A stretch of DNA of 64,000 nucleotides, taken from Vicugna vicugna (taxonomy: Eukaryota). The notes beneath the pieces were generated by a model. The model was not told the origin of the DNA. It searched no databases and worked only from the letters and a program-made list of their open reading frames with translations. This document shows, piece by piece, positions 37,717-47,812 of the stretch (within the stretch, counting starts at the first letter, position 1; each line of letters starts with the position of its first letter). The position numbers were made by a program, and so were the translations under genes. The stretch covers positions 1,922,001 through 1,986,000 of the forward strand of contig MU058714.1 of assembly GCA_013265495.1 (NCBI GenBank), in the 5' to 3' direction.

Positions 37717-37939
37717 CTGCAAACAGACACAGCAGCAGAGGCCCCCGACTGACAGCCTCCGTCACCAGTGAGCTTGAACGCGCCCCCGCACACGACACAG
37801 TGGAGAGTGGGGCACCCAGGGCACTTGCCCCCAGAACCCACCCGTGCCGGCCCAGCCTTCTCAGATCAAAGGCAGCGGCGAGAAGGAGGCTCCGAAGTCG
37901 CACTCCTGGGTAGTGAAAGACCCTGCGGCAGCTACTCAC

Positions 37940-38074
37940 AGATCACGTCCCAGCGGGGCCTCAGGAGGAGGCTGAGAGGACGCCTCTGTCCGGGCCAGCC
38001 TCACCCCTCGCCGAGACGACCTGATCATCGAAGCGCCACACGCTGGAGTCCGAGAGGAAGGCTCCGCTCCTCTA
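37940..38074 (-). other. CCDC57: Candidate CCDC57 5' UTR cassette exon A (135 nt)
   Basis: Acceptor tttccactgtctcatctgcag, donor TCT|GTGAGT; motif evidence only. Confidence 0.4.
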
Positions 38075-38829
38075 CTGCAGATGAGACAGTGGAAATAATC
38101 ACCTTTGTGTCCAGCCGACCAAGAATGCAGAGCAACTGTTTTAGACTGACGCTTGGTAAGGGCTTAGAAAAGCGCCGTATGACCTAAATGAAACAAAAGC
38201 TGTTGCAAACTCCAACATTTACACAGAAGGATGTTTGTAAAGGCTAAAAGTCAGTCCCCAGACGCTTGGGCACACTGGCTGCGCAGAGGCCTCCAGAGCA
38301 GGGGTTTCCTTTACATCTTCCTCTGACGGACCGCGGCCCCAGGTGCGCTGGGCGCCCCGCTCAGCCGCCAGTCCCGTGCAGAGGATCCAAATCTACTTCA
38401 GCAGGACTGCTGTCTAGTTGTTGCTCTGTGAATGTATTTAGTACGCTTAATTCACAAACCAGTGTTGTGGGCCCCGAAGGGAAGCCCAGAGGTGGCTCAT
38501 CTCCACACCCAGAACAGGGGGCCCACTGCGGGCACCGTCTGAATCCCAACACGGACCGTGCGAGCGACGCTCAGTACAGGTCATCTTGAGGGGCTCCGGG
38601 GGATGAGTGTTATGGGCCTGGGACCCCAAGCCTTTCCCTGTCCTACACTGACTGCCACATAGCACTCATGACCACTTGGAGAACCTGAAACGAGAGGTGA
38701 GCAGCAGACAGAACCTGATCCCATCCCTGGAACCTGCGGGGGGAGGGACACCACTACAGTGAGGGGAACATGGTGCTTTTTTTTCTTTGAATTTACAGCC
38801 GCCAAATTCTCTTGCCCCCTGATCCCCAT

Positions 38830-40445
38830 AAAGTGAATAACTGAGAGATAAGATGGAAGAGAAGTTAAATAATTTTGTAGTTAAGAGCTGTTACTCTGCT
38901 CACTTTTAGAACCACGTAAATGTTTCACATACGACAACTCAAAATCAAGGGCTCAAGCTGAAATATAATCAGAAACAAGTGAAACTAAATTTATTACAAA
39001 TGAGTAACAGATGCAGTGCACTAAAGCAGCTTTATGAAACAGTCTTTGACTCTATATTCTAAAAACAGAAACAAAAACAGCCACAGGCAAGTATTGTGCT
39101 CTGGTGAATAAATTTGGTTTTCACAGAAATATGGGCTGGCAATTCTGACACTACACGTAGTCTAGGCCTGAGCAGATGAGTAAATTGAGGACTGTGCAAA
39201 TTGAGGACAACAGGAGCCAGACTGAGAGAGGAAAAGGAATGTGGAATGAACCTGTGGTGATGGATGGGAACTGGAAGTATGAATATAAACTCAGTTTTTA
39301 AGATCCACACAGATACATGAATATAGAAATAGGCATGGATTATATGGTATATACAAATATGTTCCCTACCTCTGCCCACTGAGAAACACAAAAAGCAATG
39401 ACATACCTCCCCCAGATTATGATTTCTTAAATAAAACCTTCTAAACTAAAAGGAACCAACACTCCTTAGAGAAATAACTGAGTCCAGGGTAGGTCAAGGA
39501 AAGCACAGGATGCGTCTGGAAATAAGGAAGTGCTCAAAAATGTTGGGGACAGGCTAAAAGGACACGGAAGCCAACTTAAATGGACTCCTCATGGCCAAAT
39601 CTGGGCAAAAGAGCAACAAAATAGATGACAGAAATGGATTATAACCTATGAAATAAAAATGAAATCGAAATGTCTGTACCAACATAAATAATTAAGTAGA
39701 AAAAAATGGAAGGTTCTTCCTTACAGTAGAATTCCAACTAATAAAAGTAGAAGAAATAATGGAAATGGAAAACAACTATCATTTGGCAAATACAACATTC
39801 ATAACTGTTTCAGAAAATGCTCCCTTCTGGATGCTAAAATTAGTGGCAGTGTGGTTAGAAACAAGGTGTTTGCATGGTTCCAAAACATCTCCCCATGATA
39901 TTACTTATGAAAGGAAAATGGTGAATTTGTGATGGAGACACCTTGTAGACATCACCTAAAGTACACGACCAAAATCAGCATCAGCAGTAATGGGACAAAT
40001 TGGCATCAGGTGTCTCCTAATGAGATGCGTAGAAGAAAACACAATTTCACTGGTGAGGTTTTTCTTACCAGAAGTGCATAACTTGGAAGTAATCCTAAGG
40101 GAACATCAGATAAACCCAGACCGAGGAGCCTTCTACGTAACAACTGACTCATAAAAGTCAAGGAAAGACTGAGGAACTGCTCCAGATTAAAGAATAAGAA
40201 AACAAGGATGGTCCTGGATTGGACCCTTCAGAAGGGTAAAGTCATCCGTAAGATAACTGCTGAGTCTGAATAAATCCTGTGTATTAGATCATGGTTTTGT
40301 ATTAGTGTTAATTCCCTCAGTTTGCTAAATGAACCATGGTAACGTAAGAGGTCACCATCTGGGGGAATCCCGGCAAAAGGGACAGAGGAAATCTTCGTAC
40401 CCCTTTCGCAACTTTTTTATGTCTCGGTTAATTAAAAAAAAAAAA
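38830..40445 (+). mobile_element. L1MC-like 3' end, AT-rich, ending in poly(A) next to the CpG island
   Basis: Long AT-rich block with L1MC-like text (ggaaccaacactccttagagaaataactga; ...ctttcgcaacttttttatgtct) and an A run at about 40434-40445. Confidence 0.7.
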
Positions 40446-40847
40446 TCGCCCTGGACCGGACTGCCTGGGTTTGAACCCGTCCTCACCCGCACGGAGCCTG
40501 GGCAAACGCAGCTCTGCAGCGCCCACCTCATCCGGCGCTGGGAGGGCCGTAGAGCCCTCGGACAGGGCGCGGCGCCGCGAACGTCTCCGGCCCCCACCCC
40601 GCCGGCGGGGCGGGCGCTGCAGGGAACAGACGAGCAGGGAACAGCCGCGGCTCGGGCGGGCTCGCGGGCCGGACACCGCTCGCGCCCCGCAGCCCCGCGG
40701 GGTCGGCCCGGCCGGGTCCCCGCGGGAGCGGCGGCGTCTAGCGGGGCTTGGACGCCTCGGGTTTTTCCGAGGAAAGCGACGACGCCTGTGACAAGCCGCG
40801 CCCCCCGCGCTGCGCGCCCCGCGGCGCCCCCCGCGCCCGCGCCTCAC

Positions 40848-40960
40848 CCGGAACGCCCGCCGCGAGCGGCCTCCGGTCCCGCCGCGTTGCCATGGTGACC
40901 TCAGTCCGTCGGTCGCCGTCCGGGCGCGCTCCGTGCAGCGCTCGCGTCCGTCGGCCGGAA
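40848..40960 (-). other. CCDC57: Probable CCDC57 first exon (5' boundary approximate)
   Basis: Inside the CpG island, with donor CGG|GTGAGG after 40848 oriented towards the coding exons. The TSS cannot be read from sequence. Confidence 0.6.
40886..40899. promoter_or_regulatory. RFX X-box motif GTTGCC-AT-GGTGAC
   Basis: One perfect GTTGCC half-site and a degenerate second half with the canonical 2-nt spacer, in the promoter of a centriolar/ciliary gene. Confidence 0.65.
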
Positions 40961-41994
40961 ACACGGGCCCCGAGGAGCCGGGTTCCGGGCCCCTCCCACC
41001 CCGCCCGCGCGCAGGTGCGGAGGAGCGGGTGGGGCGCTCGCCCCGCCGGGCTCTGTGATGCCGCCGGTCTCGTAGCCCCGAAGGTGATGGCGACTCCGAC
41101 CGGGCGGGGTCGGGGCTGCACGGAGCGGGGGCTGGACTGTACCCAGGAGGGGAGGGGCCCGGGCTGCCCGTGGGGCTGGAGCGCAGGTGACGCGGGGCAA
41201 AAGCGGGAGGCCGCGAGTGATGCCGCGTCACGCGTGGCTCCTCCAGCAGTGAAGAAGCGGACACGACGGCGGCGCCGGGCGACTCCACTGGTGCAGAGGG
41301 CCAGGCAGGCACTGAGGCTCTGCCGGGAGTTGGGGGCGCAGGACGCTGGAGTGGTCTTTCGTTCTGGGTACTGTTGCCTGGTGTGCTTGCTTGGTGAAAA
41401 TTCATCAGTTTGTGTGCGCTCACAACCTGTGTGCTCTGGTGTTTGTGTGTTCAATTTTAAGCTGAAATAAAGAAGCAAAACTACCTCACAGAGGCCAAAG
41501 GCAAACCTTTATGCCGAGACCCCCATCCCGGGCTTAGAAACACCCTTCCCCAACATCTGAGGGTCCACTGAGGCTGAAGAGGATCCAGTTATCCCAACAA
41601 GTGGAGATACCCATGCCCACCCTGCTGGCCGGTGGCACTGCTGTGGCTCCAGGCAGCGGTGGGCACAGTCTTTGGTCCAGCCCCTCCTCTCTTCTGTGTT
41701 TTCTCCACCCTGATGGCATTCAGTCCCCTAGCTGGCCCTGCCCATAGTGCACAAACTCAACTCAGTTAGCCGTAAGAAAGACTGCTCTAGGAGGGAGCTC
41801 TTGGCAAGAGGTCCAGGGGTTATTAAATACCAGGCAGATCAATAATTCAAGCCTCATGGAAGATGTGATCCTACCAGTGCAGTGAAAACAGCCCTGCCTG
41901 CCTAGAGAAGCCACGGGGTCCCCATGACCTTTCACCTACATCCCACAGGCCTTGGGCACCCTCACTGCCTCCAGACCAGGATGGCCTGCTTGAC

Positions 41995-42065
41995 AGTCCA
42001 GGTTCAAATCCCAGCTCTGCTCCTGCCTTGATACAGCTTCCTGGGACCCTGCTTCTCCATGAAGT
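41995..42065 (+). mobile_element. MIR fragment
   Basis: ccaggttcaaatcccagctctgct. Confidence 0.45.
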
Positions 42066-42285
42066 AGGGCTGGCACCCTCCATTCCCCGCGGATTTGAGG
42101 GTCAGAAACGATGCGTGAACAACGGGGGTGCTGGTTCACACCCATGAAGGGGCTCTGGGGTGTCTGTGTAAACCAAAAGGGCCAAGAGAATACGCCCCTT
42201 GAAAGGGAGACAACTCCTCACAAGGGGTATGAGCCCCGCCCCTCACCACCCATGGCCTCTAATCCTGCCCCTGCAGTTCCCTCAG

Positions 42286-42357
42286 CCTTGACCCTGACCC
42301 CACACTAACCCTAACCCGCCCCCACCCCTACCCCGACCCTGACCCTGGCATTAACCC
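42286..42357. repeat. Degenerate telomere-like hexamer tract
   Basis: 6-nt periodicity with CTAACCCTAACCC (42305-42317), CCCTGA variants and a terminal TAACCC. Confidence 0.5.
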
Positions 42358-45300
42358 TGCGGTGGCTCAGGCACAGCGCAGCCTTGATCCCCGTCGCAGG
42401 ATGAGCTCTTCCGCTCCAGTGGCCCAACAGCCCCGGAATTTCTGATCCCCTCCCCTGAGCCCCAGCTAAGGCTTCTGCTCCTGCACCTCACACAGCCCAC
42501 AGAATGATGGAAGCCAGCGGCGGGCCCTGCCAAGACAGGGGCTCACCATCCTGGGAGGAGCCTCGGCACTCCTGGTGGACCCCAATGGCCCCCTAAGGTC
42601 TGCAGTCTCGTCACTCGGGCTTTGGAGCTCGGCCCCTTAACTATGCAGGCCTCGCATGAGTTCCCCAAAGCACAGGGATCTAGGTGGGGCCGGCCTGAGC
42701 GCTGACCTGCATGGTCCTGAGCAAGTCACTGCCCCCGGATCAGGAAGACGTCTGTGTGGGGCTGCAGTGACCTGTCCACTTGCTCACAGGCCCGGGGCAG
42801 GAGAGGCTAGCTGCCACCCTCTGCCTGGGCCTCTGGACCTCCAGAAGGGGACGGGCACATACGCTGGGTGGGGGGGTCATGAGGAAATGGGGACCTGATG
42901 AGGGGCTTCAGTTGGAGATGTCTTTCATCCCTCACCGTGTATTCCAGGCCACGGACAGCCAGCTGGATGGTCCCTGCCACTCCAGAACAAGGGGTGCCCT
43001 GTGAACCAGGCAGCAGGCGGCAACCAGGAAGGGACTCTGGTGGGAAGGACAGGGCTCCTGGAGGGGACAAGAGAACCAGGGGCCCATTGTGGCCATTTCC
43101 CAGCAGTCAAGGCCTGGAGGTGGAGGCAGGGCGATGGGTGCAGGCAGGACACAGACGGGTGCTCCCTGAGAGGCTAGTGTTGAGCTACCCAGCGGGGCAG
43201 GGGCACCAAGACGGGGTGCGCCTCGCCAGGCCAACTGGCCCTCACAGCCGACTTGAGCAGGAGGCTGGTGTCCACCTCACTTTGCTGCGCACTGCAGCCT
43301 GTGAGGGGTCCCGGGGGCTGCGGGACTTCTGGGGAGCTCGCACTGTAACCCCCGCAGTCGCTCGAGTGGCCAAGCAGAGCAGGGACAGGGCCCGCCCGCC
43401 CACCTCCCTGGAGACCACCCGCGAGCTGGGCCAGGGACTGGCTCCAGGCTGTCAGCGGGCCATGGGCGGCATCCCCCATCCCTCCCTGAGCTCCCCCGAG
43501 CACCCGGGAGCTCACTGTGCTGAGTCACTGGGAGGAGGAGGCCTGTGGTCGGGGCAGGAAGGTTGGGCAAGCCTCGCCCTCCCTCCCTGTGGGCTACAGG
43601 GAAGCTCAGAGCTGGGCTCGCAGCCCGCCCCACTCCCTCGACCCCTTCACTGGCCCCTTGCCAAGGCCTGGCTGCAGCCTCCAGCCATCCATTCTGGCCT
43701 AGCGAAGGCCACGGGCAAGGTGGCCAGAGACACCCATCCTCCACCTCAGGAGGACTTTCCGGGGCACCCTGTGCCAGGCAGGGCTGGGTTATGACCTCTG
43801 TCCCCTGGGCCGGATGCTCCAAGTTGAGACAGCAGGGAGGGTTGGTGGGGAGCTGTGACTACGGGGACCTCCCAGGGGGGCGGCCCAAATGAGCCGAGCT
43901 TGGTCCTTGGAGAGCAAAATCAGGTAACATGGTGGGCCCCACCTGGGTCACCCCTCACAGGTACGCAGGGACCCGGGGTGTAAGGTCAGGAGAGGCAGCT
44001 GAAGCAAAGTCAGGCGCAGAGTATGTGGGTAGGACTAAGTTACCTGGGCATCAGGCAGCCCGCCCGAGCGGGTGAGACCTGTGCAGCGGCCGAGGAGGAC
44101 AGGCAGAGACCCGTACCAGGGCTGGTTTGGGAGGCCCCCTCTGGGGACGGGCCACGGGGGCAGGGAGGAGGCTGGACAGTGCGCGGAGGTGCCGCTTTCC
44201 CCATCATTTCTCCCTCACTTGCATTCATGGAGTGCCTGCTCTGTTCCAGGCACTGTTCCAGGCACCCAGGTGGGCAAAGGCTCTCCCAGGCTTGGGGGTC
44301 CACCACCCAGGGCATGACAAACTGCAGGAGCTGCCGGGGCCTGGATGTGGAGCGAGGAAAGGAGAGGACCCGGAGGGGGCCCGCGGTTGAGAGTGCTGCG
44401 TGGGCCAGGGCATTGAGGGATCCTCAGGGAGCCTGAGCTGCAAGGTGTCTTGGGGTCATCCACATGAGGATGGTCTTAAGGACCCTGAGAGTGGACGAGG
44501 CCACTCCCCAGACAGAACGGACGGAGAGGAGAAGAGGGGTCCTGGAGGCCCGGGGTCTGAGAAATGGCCACTGCATTTGGGCACTGGGGCCAGAGGCCTG
44601 GACAGAGGCGTGGGGCAGCGAGCAGGAACCTGGGCAGCATCGGTTCAGCCAGCCTCCTCCGTGGTCCCCGACTGTGATGGGGAGCTGCGCCTCACCCGAT
44701 AGTGGGTGCGGGTGCAGGCGCAGCTCGGCTGCCCCCAGGCCGCCAGGGGAACAGGCCACTGCCAGCAGAGGTCGTGCAGTCGCCAGCTCTGTTCCAGGCA
44801 CCAGTCTGAGGAGGCCGCCTGTGCGGCCAAGCACAGGTGAACTGGAGCGAGGGAGAGAGAAAGGATGAGGGGGAACTGGAGCCAAAGGGCAGCAGGTGCA
44901 GGTGGGGGCAGGGAGAGCCCAAACCCTAGGGACCAGCCCTATCCAGCCTCCAGGCCAAAAGGCTGAGCTGAGAGGGAAGGGCGGTGCCTCCCATCCACCA
45001 GCCCACCTGCCCAGCCCTCTCCTTGGGAGAGAGGAGTTCCTCTGATGGCAGGGCCAGCCCCACAGAGCCAGTGGCCTTCACTGCAACCCAGGCTCCAGAC
45101 ACCCCATGCCCTTTGTGCCGGGGAGGCTGCTCCTGCACCGGCACCCAGGCAAGCCTGCCCCCGGCTCCACACCCACCACGAGGCCCTGGCCAGTGATCTG
45201 CCCACGGAGGCGAGTGTGCTGCTGGGGACAAGGGGCTGGGGCGGGGCTCTGCTGCCCCCCCAGGAATAGGAAGAAGAGAGCCAGGGCAGCCTCTGGACCC

Positions 45301-45479
45301 AAAGGGAGGCCCCTTCCCAGCAGTGCCTACTCCAGTTTAAACTCCAGAGCAGGCTTATTTGTCACTCGTTTTTGTAATTATGGAAGTAACAGCCCAGCAG
45401 GCGATGCTCTCTGACAACAGGACCCCCACGTGCAAAGAGCGAAGCCTGGTTCCCTCTCACACGTGCACAGAACCCAACT

Positions 45480-46720
45480 CGAAACTCAGCCACCAACACA
45501 AAGAGCCAAAGCCAGAAAGTTCTTAGAGGCAGACACAGGGCTAGACCTCCACGGCAATGGATTATTAGATGCAATACCAAAAGCACAGCAACCAAGAAGC
45601 GAAGAGGTAACTTCCCCGCATTAAAGGACAGTGTAAGAGAGTGAAAAGGTAGCTCACGAAACAGGAGGAGCGTGTATCTGACAAGGGTCCAGAATATATA
45701 AAGAGTTCTAAAAACTCAAGCAAAACAGACAGTCCCATTTAAAAAATGCTATGGGGCTTGAACGCACATTCTCCCGAAGAAGATGGACAACTGGCAAATC
45801 AGCTCATGAGAAGATGTTCATTGTCCGCAGTCTGAAGGGAAATGCAGCGGGGAGGGTACAGCTCATGGGAGAGTGCTTGCCTAACGTGCACAAGGTCTTG
45901 GGTTCAAACCCCAGCACCTCCATTAAAAATAAATAAGTAGAAAAAATAATCAAAAAGTATCTCCCCTCCAAAATAAATAAAGAAATAAAAACTGAAAGTT
46001 TTAAAAAGGAAGGGACATGCAGACAGAACCACAGAAAGATACCACCTCACACCTACTGGGTGGCTCCGAGTTTCGCAAAACGGAAACCAGCAAGGGCTGG
46101 CAAGGGCGTGGAGGGACGGGACCGCTCCCACATCACTGGTGGGAAGGGAGAACATGGTGCCGCTGGAAAACGGAAGTTCGGCGGTTCCTCAAAAAGTTCA
46201 GCGTACAGAATTCTCACGTGACCCAGCAATTCCACTCCCAGGTGTAAACCCAAGAGAAGTGAAGACGTCTGTCCCCACAGACACTGCACAGGAGTGTTCC
46301 CAGACAGCAGCACGACCCGCAGCCTCCAAGGGGTGAGAGGACCCAAATGTCCAAGGCAGAAGAGCAGGCGACCACAGGTCAGACGCTACTCGGTCATAAA
46401 GCAGGGTGACGGGATACGGGCCACAGCGGGGATGAACCTCGGAAACGTTGGCTGAGTGAAAGCAGCCAGACACAAGGCCACGTCCGCTGTGGCTCCCCTT
46501 GTGGGGTGTACCAGGGATGGGCAGCTCCGTCGCCGTGGTACAGGTTAGCGGTTCCCGGAGGGAGGGGCACGGGAAATGGGGAGTGATGACTCAGTGAGCA
46601 CGGGCTGGTTTTGTAGGTGATGAAAAGTTTCCGCAATTTGCACAACATTGTGAGTATGCTGAATGCAACTGAGTTGTATACTTTATGTGCTTCTTGTATG
46701 TTACGTGAATATCATCTCAA
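45480..46720 (+). mobile_element. L1 3' end (L1M-type) interrupted by a SINE
   Basis: gtatctgacaagggtccagaatatataaagagttcta...gacccagcaattccactcccaggtgtaaacccaagagaagtgaagac...tgaatgcaactgagttgtatacttt. Confidence 0.8.
45849..46008 (+). mobile_element. Vic-1-like tRNA-derived SINE with TSD
   Basis: ggggagggtacagctca...ggttcaaacccc, A-rich tail; TSD GAAGGGA[A/C]ATGCAG at 45834-45847 and 46009-46022. Confidence 0.85.
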
Positions 46721-47489
46721 CTAGGGGAAGAAACGAGTCGACAAATAGATGTTCCCTGCAGGAAACTGGGAAATTCTGGAAAAGCGTGAGGGGGAAAGTG
46801 AATATAGCCCTCCCCAATCCCTCCTGGGGCGTGTGCCTCTGTCTCTCCAGAGCCCTGTGTCTATTTCTAAAAGCAAAAATGTGAGCTACTTTGACTCGAC
46901 TCTGCACAGTGCTTTCCACTCCTTCAGAAGCACGACTGGCTGGGTGAACCGAGGGGGACCGCAGCATCCTCCATCCTTCTGGCTGACCTCAGTGGCCAAA
47001 GTTAGCAGAACTGTCACATCTGAAGCCCCAGGGCCCAGTGAAGGGACCGCGGACAGGCCAGGAGAAGGGGTGAAGGGTCAGCCCTGTGGCTGCATCCTAC
47101 AGCTCAACATCAGGGCTGAGCAGCCGGCCGGCGGGGCTGCGGGTGCCTGCACAGCCCTCAGGCCACAGCATCAAGTCCACTCACCCACTGAGACACACCT
47201 GGAAAGGGCACCGCCTGGAGACTTGCGGGCTGGGGGTGGGGAGGGAGGAGTGGCCACCCCCACCCCGGCCCACGCCGGCCCACTGGCCCACCAGAGGGGT
47301 GGGTGGTTGTGGCCCTGACATCAATTCTGGTCTGCCTCCAGCCGGCCAGCCCCGTCCCCTTCCTTCCAGGGTCTAGGGTCTGCAGCCTCAGGGGCCTCCA
47401 AATCCTTTCATCTTCCTTCCAAAGGTGGAGCCAAATTCCCTACTTCTCGCGTGTGGGCTGGACAGAGTGCCTTTAACCAGTAGGAAGCC

Positions 47490-47812
47490 ACCGGCCTGAT
47501 GAAGCTGGACTTCTGGGACTGGGTCTGCGAAGGCTCCCTGGCTGTCTTGGTCTGTCACTCTGGGGAGGCCAGCTGCCGAGTGCGAGGGCACGCAGCAGGC
47601 CGACCGAGAGGCCTCCGAGCAGAGGAACTGAGGCCCCCACCCACAGCCAAGGGAGGGAGCCGTCCTAGAAGCAGGGTTCTCCCAGGACCCCGACTGCCCA
47701 GCTCAGCCACCCCCAGACGCCTGACGCTCAGACCTCAGCAGATAATAAACGCTTGTTTTTTACGCTGCTAGGTTTTGGGGGTGATTTCTTATGCAGCAAT
47801 AGAGAACACATG
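47490..47812 (+). mobile_element. MLT1-type MaLR LTR remnant
   Basis: Typical 3' end gataataaacgcttgttttttacgctgctaggttttgggggtgatttcttatgcagcaatagagaacacatgca. Confidence 0.6.

Larger units (their letters stand above)
40450..41345. promoter_or_regulatory. CCDC57: CpG island / CCDC57 promoter
   Basis: Very dense CpG, GC boxes and ETS-like CCGGAA; sharp edges against the AT-rich L1 on the left. Confidence 0.85.

Noticed and set aside
40428-41478. Overlapping 240-331 aa ORFs across the CCDC57 CpG island
   Set aside because: Arg/Pro/Ala/Gly-rich ORFs open in several frames on both strands are typical CpG-island artefacts.
43000-45420. Possible far-upstream SLC16A3 alternative first exon
   Set aside because: Several donor-like GT sites exist but none can be singled out from sequence alone.
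47287-47300. CTCF-like CCACCAGAGGGGTG
   Set aside because: Mismatch at the highly conserved C of GGC; too weak in such GC-rich background.
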